In this document: piece after piece, positions 11,361-23,124 of the stretch
Position numbering within the stretch: position 1 is the stretch's first letter
How the letters are laid out: each line of letters starts with the position of its first letter
Program-made: the position numbers and the translations under genes
Source: Histomonas meleagridis 2922-C6/04-290x
Lineage: Eukaryota > Protista > Parabasalia
Direction: 5' to 3'
DNA: 64,000 nt
Assembly: GCA_020184695.1 (NCBI GenBank)
Contig: JAANOX010000091.1
Coordinates: 53,181 to 117,180, forward strand
Notes under the pieces: generated by a model
The model's input: the letters and a program-made list of their open reading frames with translations, nothing else
What the model was told of the DNA's origin: nothing
The model's database searches: none

Positions 11361-11975
11361 TAATTGTTCATTTGTTCAAAATTTCTGTGCAGACGGTTAA
11401 CATGAAATGACTTAACGTCTGTTGCACTACTTTTTCATAAGTTTATTGTATAAGTGGTGGCAATTACCAAAACCGTTACAGGCAATTATCGGTGATTCCG
11501 ATGTTTTTATTTTAATTTCATGCTCAATCACGGCTGTATCTATGAGAACAACGATGACGATTGAAGAAGAACAAAATAGCTAAAAAATTGAATAAAAGAC
11601 TTCAAAGATCATAAATAAGATTAACATTCAAGGGAGCTTAAAGGCAAAAAACATGGAGTCACAGAAAAGCTCTAAAGAAATCCCTATTCAACATACAAAA
11701 ATATTTTTATTCTGTTCAAAAAAATTATACACATTCTATAATAAAAAAAATTCAATTCCTCTTTTTTTTAATGAATTTTAAAGAATAATTTGAATAAAGT
11801 CTTTGATTTACTGTTTTGTTGTTAATTATTTTTATGAAGATTTCAAAAAAAAGATACTAAAAAATTAAAACAAAATCATGATTATTAATTGTGTTTTTAT
11901 ACTCCTACTAGGTTCATTATTTAACCCTTAAAACATCAATTTTATGTTAAAATTATAATTCACTACTAATTTTTA

Positions 11976-13061
11976 ATGGTTTTATTTTTAAATATTTTAG
12001 AAATTTGTACACTCGAATTAGAATATTTCTTTCCAGATGATACTTCTGATAAGAGTAAAGCATATGGTTTACATGCTGTTTCACTAAATTTAAAAGATTC
12101 TGAGTTAAAACAATGTGCATTTGGGGAAGAATCAAGATTTGTTTCACTAGATTATACTGATAATAATGATTTTAAAACAAAATTTTCTAACATGGAAAAA
12201 CTAAAATCATTATCAGCATTTCCATTAAATCCGATAAATTATGATGAAGCTAGGATAATTCATGATTACTTATTTTATCCAAAATTTACTCAAAACTTTG
12301 ATTCTGAAATTAACAAAGGGAAAATTACTGATTATTTTAAGTGTACATTTAATTTTTTTAAAAGAGGATTTGATAAATTAGCAAATGTGGGGTATAGAAC
12401 AGTTTATAAAGCATCAAAAGATCTTGACCCAAAACTATTCAAACAGAATAGTCATGTTTCAACAAGAGCATTCACATTAGTTTATTTTTCTTTTGATTCG
12501 GTTTGTACTGATGATATAACTTTGATATTTAAAATTACTGCAAGACGGAATTTGAAATTTCTTAAGGATTTAAATAAGAAAAATTTAGATACAATGTTGT
12601 TCCCTCCAGCAACTCGTTTTGTAGTAACCAAAGATCCTCATGCTTTGATTTGTCTAAATATATATGGTTCATTACAGTGCTCAGCCTATTATGGTGTGCC
12701 CGCGCTAAGATACACATGTAAAGCAATGATTGTTGAGTTAGAAGAAATTGATGAAGACTATGGTCCGATCATTTTTGAAGAACTTCATACACCTACTCCT
12801 ACAAAATCATATATATATACAAAAAAGAGTACATCAACATATTCAGGATTTACACCTGTTGAGCTGAATTTTTCTGAACTAGATGATTACTCTGAGGATT
12901 ATCCAGACGTGCCTTCAAAAGAAGAAAAATTAAAATCAAAATATATATATATAATTGTTGCTCCTGTAATTACAATAATTCTTTTATTAATTGTGGCTTT
13001 CATTCTTTATTTATGTAGGAAATCTGCATTAAAAGATACAAATACACATAATTCGATGTAA
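11976..13061 (+). CDS. Type I membrane protein with a degenerate ADP-ribosyltransferase (ART)-like ectodomain
   Basis: Short hydrophobic N-terminus and a C-terminal TM segment (YIYIIVAPVITIILLLIVAFILYLC) followed by RKS. Residues ~88-220 follow the ART pattern (EARIIHDY; KL..TVYK; FT; TLIFKI; MLFPPATRFVV). Confidence 0.6.
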   Translation: MVLFLNILEICTLELEYFFPDDTSDKSKAYGLHAVSLNLKDSELKQCAFGEESRFVSLDYTDNNDFKTKFSNMEKLKSLSAFPLNPINYDEARIIHDYLFYPKFTQNFDSEINKGKITDYFKCTFNFFKRGFDKLANVGYRTVYKASKDLDPKLFKQNSHVSTRAFTLVYFSFDSVCTDDITLIFKITARRNLKFLKDLNKKNLDTMLFPPATRFVVTKDPHALICLNIYGSLQCSAYYGVPALRYTCKAMIVELEEIDEDYGPIIFEELHTPTPTKSYIYTKKSTSTYSGFTPVELNFSELDDYSEDYPDVPSKEEKLKSKYIYIIVAPVITIILLLIVAFILYLCRKSALKDTNTHNSM

Positions 13062-15644
13062 TAGAAGTAAGAATTAATAAACATGAAAGATGTACAAAAA
13101 ATAAATAAAAAATTAAATTTTAACAATTTTTGTCATAAAAATAATTTTTTTATTTGAAAATATGAAAGTGGAAAAAAAAGTGATGAATATAAATAATTTA
13201 TTAAAATTTTACCGAAACATTAATGTTTAAATAAAAATATAACATTTTGATGTTTTGCTATTTCTTGTGCAAATTATTTCCATTTACACTGCCTCTCTAA
13301 CCAAATTCATAGGTTGTACAAAATTTACATTTACATTTTGCCCAAAAATGGATAAATTTCATACATAGCACATTACCGAAAGCATTTGGGACTTCATCTG
13401 ATATCGAAAGCATTAAAAATGTAAATTAATTATGTATTTCCTTTTGATGTCAAACAATGTATCATTGTTGTTAATAATGCCTGGAATAGGGTACAAATTG
13501 ACAACATTTCAAAATCGAAGGCCATTTTGTAATCTACTTTGGCACTTGTTCAAAATTTCTTGTGGCACTAACTCAGAAACAGAATCCAATATGACTCTAA
13601 TAGGAATAATTGGATAATCAGTTTCATTAACAGAAATATTATCAGATATTACCTGGTCTAAGACTTAGCATCAAAAAAAATAATTTCTCTTGAATTTGAT
13701 CCCCTGAAACTTTGAAGCAACTTTAGTTGAATTAATTATGATATCTTCATCAGGTGCTTTCATACATGTGATAGAAATCAAAAGTAAAATTTTTTGACAG
13801 AATTAATTAGTAAAACATGAAACATTTCAATAAATGGATCTATTTTTTATTTAGAATTAGAGGTATACCTCTAACAACAACTTTTATATTATTAGAGTTT
13901 AAATTTGGTATAAATATCTCAAATACTTGTTGTATTATAGATATACAAATTTGTAAAACACATTAAAGAGCCAATTGCTTCAACTGATACCAATTTTCAA
14001 TATTATCAGCAGCAGGTGTTTTTTCATTTAAAAGATCTTTTCGAAATTAATTTCAAACTTTACTTATGGATTCTATATAACCATTTACATCGATTTTACA
14101 ACCTGGATACCTTTACACGTCATTTGTTTGATAGCTTTGATGAAACGCTTTCCGGATCTGCACTAACTCCAGATACACACGTTTTGAAAGATGTCATTAT
14201 GTTTATATCAAATGTCACATAAATTCCTACAGGAACCTGTAGGTTAGAACTATCAATCATTCATTATTTCAATATATATTTTGAATAATATTGAATAGGG
14301 GTGATGTCATTTTAATACAAAAACCTGAGCAATATATCGAAAAATTGGATTATTACTATTAAAAATATCACAAGAAGTTAGAACCGTGTAAATCTAAGGA
14401 TATAAAATCGTTGTTTCTTGATATCATTTTCGTTCTTACAGTATTATGATGAAATTAAAAGTGAATATAATAAACAAATATCAGATGTAAACTCACAAAA
14501 ACAATTAAATGAAATTGTTACAAATGCAGAAAATGAATCAAATGAAAATGAAAAAACACAAAAAACACAAAAATGCATTTCGACTTAATGTAGAATAAAA
14601 TATTATTAATCATTAACAAATTTTAAATAAAGCATTAAATCATTATGATAAATATTATCTTTAGTATTGATATAAATTTCCTTTAAAACCAAGAATATAT
14701 TTAGAAAGCTCAATGTTTCCTGATTTTAAAGAAGAAATTAAAATTGTTTTAGGAATTGAATAATATTTTGAAGAAAAATTATTAGTGATACACTTGAATC
14801 AACTAAATTATGTATAATCATTTGCTACAGAAAATAAAACACTTCTTGTTCGGTAATCTTAGATATTTATTTAATGAAAAAATCAATGATAATCTTTATT
14901 TATTTCTTTTTCTGTTAAATTTTAAAGAATTATAAAGATCATTTCTTTGAGCTGAAAAAGCATAGTATATCAAATTACAAATAACACTATTAAATGAATA
15001 AGAGAGATTCAATTCAAATTTATATATTGTTTCTAGAAACTGATTCCATAATATTTTCATCACTTATATTGAAAATAATCTTAAGATTCTGTTTCGTGCT
15101 ATTTATCATGCAAAGTGGTTTATGCAAAAAACTGGCAACGACCAGATAAATCATGAAAAAGTTAAAAATCAGAGATCTTGATTAACGGTCTCAAGTACAC
15201 CCCATTGGAATTTTGAATGTGAATTCTCATTTTTTGATATAAGTGCTGTATTAAATATTTTCGATATTTTCCATATATATTTTAGATACTATATTGCTAA
15301 AAATAAAATAAAATTTGAATCAATTTTGGGTTCTACAACCTCTGAAAAACTATAAGATGAAAGAAATAAAGTACAATATGGTTTTTATGACTAAAAAATA
15401 TTCTTATATTCAGCTAGAAAAATAGAATTAATATCTATTTCGTTTATTTTACTGGATGCTTGCTCCCTGTTCGTTATAAAAGTTTCCTTTGCAAATTTAA
15501 ATAAATTTTTAACATATTCATTTCCAACTTTTAAAAATGTTTAACAAATCCATTAAACAAATTAACAACACTCAAATTTAATACTTAGCACACAACAGAT
15601 AACAAAATTAAATTGCATTAAAAAATCAAAGATATGCATAAACA

Positions 15645-16780
15645 CTAAATAAAGTACATCCATTGATCATCGTCTTCCTTTGCCATTTCTCCAATAGTTT
15701 TCAACATTTCATGTTGTTCTTGTTGCTTATGTATATCGGAGCCAAATAAGTCACTCAGTCTTTCGTTCATTCCCGAGTATGAATTATCTTTTTTACCTAT
15801 TCTGAACAACCAAATTATAACTCCAACAATAATCAGAACTATTGCTATTGATCCACATATTATACAGATGAGCACTCCTCTGTCCAAAACAGGTACATCA
15901 CTCGTGTAATACAGAGATGGAAATACAATTGTGTAATAGCCTGAATAAAAGCTAATGATCGTCGTCATGCGAATGACGAATACTCATAAAATATCAAGGT
16001 CGAACCTGACAAATGCTGTGAACGGAAGATTTGTGTAACACAAGTGAACTTATGTCGGATGAATATATAGTGAAAAAGTGAGCGAAGCACCAATGAATTG
16101 GACTCCGTGAACGAGTTTGATTGAGAAAATGTATTGGAATTCGAAAATGTATTTGATTGTGAATATGTATTTGACTGAGTATATGTATTCAATTGTGAAA
16201 ATGTATTCGTAGAGAAATTAAGTCGAACATTAATGACTTTTCCTATGTTATCTGCTTTGTCAACTGGAGCAACATGAAGATATCTTTGATAGAAAATGTC
16301 TTCAGTAGTAAATTTAATAGTATTATTATATGCTATGTATGACATAGTTTCTAGATCATATTTAGAGTTTTCATTAATCATATATTTATAATATTTCATT
16401 CCTGTAGTAACATTAACATCAGCTTCTGAATTATCAATTTCTTTGCCTTCACTATTATATGAACTATTGTTATATTGCTAATTACTGGTTTTGCTTTGTC
16501 ATGCGAATTGTGATGTTCTTCAAACTCGTGTTCAGTAGTCCTTTGCTTAAGATAAAATATAGTGTTAGCAAGGACTTTCCTTTCAAATTCTGTTGCACTA
16601 CAATTGCTGTGTCCTGTTTGGATCATTGCTGTGTTTCCATACGTCGTAAGATAAAAATTTTCTGTTTCAGATATTTGACTGGTGCTATCGGAAAACGAAT
16701 ACCAAATATCTCCAGTGGCATTTTGCTTCGCTGTATGAGAAAGGTAAATTTGTTGCTTCGAACTTGATCCAGATTATCAA
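15645..16780 (-). pseudogene. Fragmented type I surface protein (bacterial-like ectodomain motif, S/T-rich hexapeptide stalk, TM, acidic tail)
   Basis: Three consecutive ORFs in different frames carry NFYLTTYGNTAMIQTGHSN..ERKVLANTIFYLKQ, then the repeats TYSQSNTFSNSNTFSQSNSF, then TM VLICIICGSIAIVLIIVGVIIWLF and a tail ending EDDDQWMYFI. Confidence 0.65.
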
Positions 16781-16867
16781 TTTTGCATTGGCTGAAGAAA
16801 ATTCATTTTTATTCGAATCATTTGATCACATTCCTTTCAAATTTTTCATAGTGCTTTCTCAATATCA

Positions 16868-16894
16868 AACCGTTGGTCGTTTGCTGTGGCCTTT
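16868..16894 (+). promoter_or_regulatory. Trichomonad core promoter M3 (AACCGTTG) plus M5 (CCTTT) of RPL22
   Basis: AACCGTTG at 16868-16875 and CCTTT at 16890-16894, 3 nt before the ATG at 16898. Confidence 0.75.
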
Positions 16895-16897
16895 TTA

Positions 16898-17218
16898 ATG
16901 TCTGCTGTTTACAAGATCGACTGCGCATCACCAATCTCAGACAAGGTTTTCTCACTTCAAGACTTTGTTGAATACCTCCAAAAGAAGATGAAGGTTCAAA
17001 AGCTTGTTAACAATCTTAAAAATAAAGTTACAATCGAAGCTGATGCAAAGGAAAGCAAGATTAATATCACATGCAATGTCAAATATTCCAAGCGTGCAGT
17101 TCGTTACTATGCCCGTAAGTTCCTTCAGAAGCAAGGTTTCCATGAACGTTATAGGGTTATCTCAACAGCAAAGGATACTTATGAACTTCGTACATATGGC
17201 CCAACATCCAAAGAGTAA
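16898..17218 (+). CDS. RPL22: 60S ribosomal protein L22 (eL22)
   Basis: Motifs YKIDCASP, FVEYLQKKMKV, YSKRAVRYYARKFL and YRVISTAKDTYELR. The ATG at 16898 is preferred over the GTG at 16886. Confidence 0.93.
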   Translation: MSAVYKIDCASPISDKVFSLQDFVEYLQKKMKVQKLVNNLKNKVTIEADAKESKINITCNVKYSKRAVRYYARKFLQKQGFHERYRVISTAKDTYELRTYGPTSKE

Positions 17219-17369
17219 ATAAATTTTTGGAGTTTTGAATTTCTATAATTTTTAATTTTATTACCATGGTCTTTAAGACTTATTATTGACACACTAAGCT
17301 TTCCTTTATGACAACCTTGATCTTATGAATAATTTACGAAAATAATTGTGATCAGTGAAATACCCATTG

Positions 17370-18407
17370 GTATATCTATAAAGAATCATATTATTTAATT
17401 GAGAAAATGATTGAACAAAATTTGGTTGATAAAAATATTACTAAAAATATTAATTCAAAATATTTTGCACACTATAAAATAGAAACAGAAAACAAACAAA
17501 ATAAATATCGAGATCCATTTGAAAATAATTTTTTTGAAAAATTATGAAAAACTTTCAAAGAATGATTTTGAACTTCTTAAGAAGTATATTAAATGAGGAC
17601 ATAATCCCAATACTATTGCAAAAACAATTCGAAACGATGAAGTAGAAAAACTTCAAGAAATATCATCACAAACAAATTTTGACTTTAATCAAACAATTAA
17701 GCCATCACTTTATGAAAGATGTTCATTTATTAATAATGAATATGTTACATTAATTGATTATGCAGCATTTTTTGGATCTGTTAAATGTTTTAAATATTTA
17801 CTTATGAATGGCTCCGATATAGAAAATACATTAAACTATGCAATTGCAGGTGGAAATGTGGAAATTATTCATTTGTGTGAACAAAATCATTCATCATTTG
17901 AAGGTGCATATGAAACAGCAATAGAATTTCATCGAAATGAAATTTTTTATTATATTTATGAAAATAAAATAGTTGAAATTAAAACATTAGAAAAATTAGG
18001 TAGAAAATGTATTTTATATGATAATTATGAAATTTTAACATTTTTGGAAGAAAAAGGAATAAAAATTAACAATTATATTATAAACGAATCAGCAAGAAAT
18101 GGAAATTTGTATCTCGTTAAATGTTTCCTTCGAAAGAATCAAATTCCAAAAAATATTTTGAATCAGAAAATATTGAACTCGTGAAATATGTTTTAGAACA
18201 AAAAGAAATTGATGTTAATGCAAAAACTATTCATTTTAATAATTTTGTATATGTTTTAATAATTTGGAATATGTTTTAATAATTTGGAATATGTTTTAAT
18301 AATTTGGAATATGTTTTAATAATTTGATATATATATTTTAACGATATTTGACAGATATTCAAATTGCGCAGCAAAAAAGTTACACAGAAATATTAAATTT
18401 ACTTTAA
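17370..18407 (+). pseudogene. DUF3447-ankyrin pseudogene (locus C) with a 20-nt-unit intervening array
   Basis: KESYYLIEKMIEQNLVD, TGA at 17593-17595, DUF3447 core IDYAAFFGSVKCFKY, and a frameshift near 18160. It continues as ELVKYVLEQKEIDVNAKT, then the array, then a terminal module TDIQIAQQKSYTEILNLL* (18351-18407). Confidence 0.85.
18229..18350 (+). repeat. Intervening tandem array C (three perfect GGAATATGTTTTAATAATTT units plus variants; 122 nt)
   Basis: Read directly from the sequence; same insertion codon and same unit as arrays B1 and B2. Confidence 0.95.
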
Positions 18408-19245
18408 AATTCACTCACACTTAATGGTGATTATTCATTTTCTTCCTGTACTTTATTGAAAAACATCATAGAGTTTGGAATACCAAACTTAGTAACTTCA
18501 ATTGGAACAGGAAACATCTTTTTGATTGTAGTACAATTGGTTTTTATTTATAGTGAATGACATCAAAACTTGCAAGTTGATGAAAATCACCCCACAACCC
18601 TCTAAAGAAATTAAAATCGTACTAAATAAACAAAATATGCATATTTTTAGCATGGAGATTTCAAATTAAAATTTGAAAATTTCAGAAGATGCATTTATAA
18701 GTGGGTGTTGGTGTTGGTGTGATAAATTTTTTCTTCCATATAGAAACAGTTTATATATTTATTATGAAAAACAATTTTAAATTTAAATTAATTTATTTTT
18801 AATACTTTTTTGAATTAATATATTGTGCCTGAACATATTTAAGAAACAAAAACAATTTTTATAATTTTTTTCATGCAATGACAAACCCTTTTTAGGAGTT
18901 AAACTACATTAAAATGCTTATTCTCTTTTTATTTATGAAAAACAATACAAAACAAAAGCATCTACATTATTTTACTGAAATCATTATTTTCCAGGAAAAT
19001 CAGTTCCGAAATACAACGGGTATCTTATAGTAATTCGTTATTTCCCAGAGTTATATCCTCCAAGAATGTGGATATTTGGAAATCGTTCTGCTTTTCTGTT
19101 TATTATTTGGTTTTATGCAGATGATATCTTATTTTGAATTTAAATTCTAAATTCTCTTCTTCTTTAATTCAGAATTTTTTTCTCCACTTTATCTAAAATT
19201 TAGTTTTTCCATAAAATCAAAAAAATCACAATAAATATATATTTA

Positions 19246-22176
19246 TTAACTATCAGACAAACAATTCAGGAATTTATATGTACTTACAAAAGTATCAATC
19301 AAAGATTGATCAGGTCCAAGTATTGAAGTTACGAAAGCGATTTTATCATTTTTATCATTTAGTATTTGGTTAACAACATGCAAACAATTAACTAAAGTTA
19401 TATTACTAATGATTCCTTCGTCTTGATATTTGTTCAATGGCATCGCGACGAATTTGATTGTTAAATTTGCGTATTCGCTTTTAATTTCGTTGGGCATATT
19501 ATCAAATACGGAAAAAATAAATCCGAAAATGTTATCGAACTCATAAATATCTGTATCTATATCAGGCACCTTCAAAACAAAACTTATGAATTGTTCAATT
19601 GGAAATGTATTTAATTCTCTTTCAAGTGATACAGCAGCTGATATTAAATTATCATTTAAATATTTTTCGATTCTTGTTTTGTTTTGATTTAATGATAACC
19701 TTTTCATAACTGCGTTCCATGAAAGATCCTTATAATTCATAACAATCATAGGTTGTATACTTACAATTGTTTTCATTATAAATGTTGCTTCATTTGCTAC
19801 AGAAGCTTCATCAATTTCAATTGACTCTATCGACTTTTTGATTAAGTATTCAATATTTTCTGGTTGTAATATATCACCCCACTTTTTGAGAGTCTCTGCC
19901 AACAACAGAAAAGCGAAACTTTTTAAATAGTCTATTTGTGAGTCCAAAAGTGGCATTGAAATTTCAATGACTTTTTTGACAATTTCTGTCATTTCTGGGA
20001 TTTCTACGTTTAACATTATTGACCTCAATAATTCAGAACATGAATCCAATGCACTTCTATCGTTTTCGTCATGAGTTTGTAAAATATTATTTATCGTTCT
20101 TAATGAAACATTTGCGAAATAAATTGGGTCAATAAATATATAACCATAAATTAAAACGATTATATCAATACAAACATTGATAATTTCTAAATCTTGATCG
20201 TTATCGAAATATACCTTCAAACAATCCACGATTATTTGAAATGTTTCGAATTGTTTAATTTCATTAATAATTGGTAACACTAATTCAAGCGAATGCAACA
20301 AGTAAGAAATCGATTGATAACTATGTTTTTCGAATATCACTTTTATTGCCTCATTAAAGTAAGGGATCAATTCCAACAATTGATAAGAATTAATTAAACA
20401 AGCTATTGTACGTAATGCGTAATCTTGGATTTGTACATTTTGTAATTGTTGAATTATTATGTTGATTTTGGATAATATCAAATCTTTATATTTATCTTTA
20501 TATGTCATCGATATTATACCAAGACATATATATAATTGTTGTGTAATTTCTTCTTCGGTTTCAGTATCAAATAGTTTGAAGATTATCGGAACAAATGCTT
20601 CTGATTCATTAGGATATATTGGTATTAATGAAGAGATACAATTACACGCGGAACTTCGTAATTGTTCATTTGGCGCTGTTGTTAAAAACGTGGAAATACA
20701 ATTAAATGTAAATGGTAATCGTTGAATCGTTATTGGATTTCGTTGTTTAATGATTAAAACTAAAATTTGTAAAAACGCAATTTGTTCATTAATTGTACCA
20801 TTTTTTAAATATGAAATAATGAGCTCGAATTCATTTGAAATTAATTCTTCCGAATTATTATTACCAAAGTTTAAAATAGAGATAAATGAATATGAGATTA
20901 CAAGTGAATATTGTTCGCGTTCATATGGATTTTCATATAATAATTGGAATAATACTTGTATAGTAATTTTGCATAGCTCATCAAATCGTAACTCAATCGA
21001 ATTAGAGATTATATCTGTTAATTCAGTAAATGTCGAATATGCAAAATTTCGCACTTGAATATTTGGGTATTTAAAACATTCAAGAAAGATATCAATTAAC
21101 TCATTAAATTCGCCACAACGGACTGCTAACGATGATAATATTGACAAAACAGTGCAAACATTTGGCGGTGATGGATTAGTTAAAAGAATATTTATCTTTT
21201 CTTTGCAGATCGTTAAACATTCCGTGTATGGAATTTTCATTAAAATTGGTAAAAATGAATTCGTTTTTTTTGTGGATTCATCAATCTCATGTGAAAAAAA
21301 GCGTATACTTAACTCAATGAAACGATCTAAAATAGGTATGATCAATTGAGGTTCAGGGTCATACGATAGAAGACGTTTGTTAACGTAATCTTTGAATATA
21401 ATGCACTGAGTGTACGTTAAATTGGGCAGCATCAAGTTTTGGATGATTTCAAGTGTTGGACAAAATAACTCAACAACATCAATTTTATGGATGATGAAAA
21501 ATGTAATAATCGTCAAAAAATTGGACGTGTGAACATAATTTGGATCATAGAATATCTCTTCAAAAAATTTGTGGATTTGTGGATAAAAAAATGTTAATGG
21601 TTCAATAGAATTAGTAACAAAATATGAAATGGATAAAAGACAAAAAGCTGCAAAACGTATGTCAGAATCAGCATTCTCTAGTCCGAATTTTATATTATCA
21701 TATAAAACGGATAAGACTTTGGGGTTATATAATTCTTTTGGTATAAGAGTTAGATAAGTATTGAAAACATTAAGATAAAATTCTGTAATTTCTGTTGGAT
21801 TAATTAAAAAATCTTCTAATTCAGGCCATGCAATATGACAAAAGTTAAGAACAAGAGTAATAATATCTGAGAGAAATGACAACGTGTATTTGTCTTTTCC
21901 AACCTTTATCATTTGCATTAAAGATTTTTGAATAAATTCAATTTGAGATTTATTGAGCTCTGATATTGTAAAATGAAGGCACTTTATGAGGTTAATGAGT
22001 ACTGATTTTTGAATATAAATTTCTTGATATTGGAAATATGTTGAAATAAAAATTACTATTGATTCTGGATGATGATGCATTTCGTTTAGTTTTTCGCTGC
22101 AATCATTAATCGAATTTTGGTCAAATAACTGAAGTTGCCTCAATAAATTCACGAGGCTTTGACACTGTTCCTCCAT
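19246..22176 (-). CDS. HEAT-repeat protein, importin-beta/karyopherin-like
   Basis: 976 aa. The N-terminus resembles an importin-beta N-terminal domain, with HEAT-like segments (DSDIRFAAFCLL, NIQVRNFAYSTF, NEQLRSSACNCI). Confidence 0.65.
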   Translation of the reverse strand: MEEQCQSLVNLLRQLQLFDQNSINDCSEKLNEMHHHPESIVIFISTYFQYQEIYIQKSVLINLIKCLHFTISELNKSQIEFIQKSLMQMIKVGKDKYTLSFLSDIITLVLNFCHIAWPELEDFLINPTEITEFYLNVFNTYLTLIPKELYNPKVLSVLYDNIKFGLENADSDIRFAAFCLLSISYFVTNSIEPLTFFYPQIHKFFEEIFYDPNYVHTSNFLTIITFFIIHKIDVVELFCPTLEIIQNLMLPNLTYTQCIIFKDYVNKRLLSYDPEPQLIIPILDRFIELSIRFFSHEIDESTKKTNSFLPILMKIPYTECLTICKEKINILLTNPSPPNVCTVLSILSSLAVRCGEFNELIDIFLECFKYPNIQVRNFAYSTFTELTDIISNSIELRFDELCKITIQVLFQLLYENPYEREQYSLVISYSFISILNFGNNNSEELISNEFELIISYLKNGTINEQIAFLQILVLIIKQRNPITIQRLPFTFNCISTFLTTAPNEQLRSSACNCISSLIPIYPNESEAFVPIIFKLFDTETEEEITQQLYICLGIISMTYKDKYKDLILSKINIIIQQLQNVQIQDYALRTIACLINSYQLLELIPYFNEAIKVIFEKHSYQSISYLLHSLELVLPIINEIKQFETFQIIVDCLKVYFDNDQDLEIINVCIDIIVLIYGYIFIDPIYFANVSLRTINNILQTHDENDRSALDSCSELLRSIMLNVEIPEMTEIVKKVIEISMPLLDSQIDYLKSFAFLLLAETLKKWGDILQPENIEYLIKKSIESIEIDEASVANEATFIMKTIVSIQPMIVMNYKDLSWNAVMKRLSLNQNKTRIEKYLNDNLISAAVSLERELNTFPIEQFISFVLKVPDIDTDIYEFDNIFGFIFSVFDNMPNEIKSEYANLTIKFVAMPLNKYQDEGIISNITLVNCLHVVNQILNDKNDKIAFVTSILGPDQSLIDTFVSTYKFLNCLSDS

Positions 22177-23124
22177 GTTGGCCTCCTTGTGATGTTACTC
22201 AAAAAGTTGTTATTTCATAAGTGTCAAAAAATAATTGATATAAAAGTAATATAACGACGACACCAATTATGGAAATCCGTTTTGAATGTTGTCATGAATT
22301 TATTATGAAATTTTTTGCCATTCTCAAAAATTGAATGCTTTACAATTAATTTTGTCAAAATTCTAAGTTTGCGATAAATTTTGGATAACTGCCAAAGTTC
22401 TGGATCAAAAATTGTATTGAAATTGAAAGGGGGTCCGCTCAGCGGACGAAGTCAGATGGGGCAAAAATGTTCAATTAATTTTGCATAAACTAATTAGTGA
22501 TTTAAGTTTTTAATTATCAGAATTGGTTATATCGTAAATAAAATCAACATTTATATGAAATACAAATGCGGAATCACAACTAATTGGTTTAAATTGTAAT
22601 AGAATAATTTTTATTATTGAACCATATACTCATTACTTCAGCTTACACAAAATTAACCCTGAAATACGCGTTTGAATAAGCAAAGTCAAAAATCAATATT
22701 TATCCAAGATAATTAAACTCAAAAACAACTAGAAATAATTAGTTTTCACGTATAGATAAAAGTGACTAGCAGGCAAATATTCATGGTACACATTACTATT
22801 CATACAACTTTGAATATGTTGTTATTTTTGAGACTTGTATATAATTTTTGCGTTTACTCTATTTGCCTTGTTAGTGCTCTTGGATATTATTATTTTTTTG
22901 AAGAATATTTTTAAAAATAATAATAATAAGTTCAGATTTTAAATTGTATTCCGCTTGATAAATTTATTTAGAATATGTTTGTATGGTTTTGACTTTTCTC
23001 AGTTGGCAGAAAATAATTTTTTAATTCAAAAAACATTTTATTTATTGATATTTGGGAAATTTGATTTGATCAAATCATTGATTATGGAAAAAAGAACAAT
23101 TTAAATGATCACCATAAACAACGT

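Noticed and set aside
13100-15600. Coding-like fragments in the gene-poor stretch
   Set aside because: They are probably decayed genes, but they are riddled with stops and I could not assign a family.
7561-18350. CRISPR-like array interpretation of the 20-nt repeats or of the module/spacer alternation
   Set aside because: The 20-nt units are head-to-tail with no unique spacers, the conserved modules are ankyrin-coding, no cas genes are present, and the context is eukaryotic.
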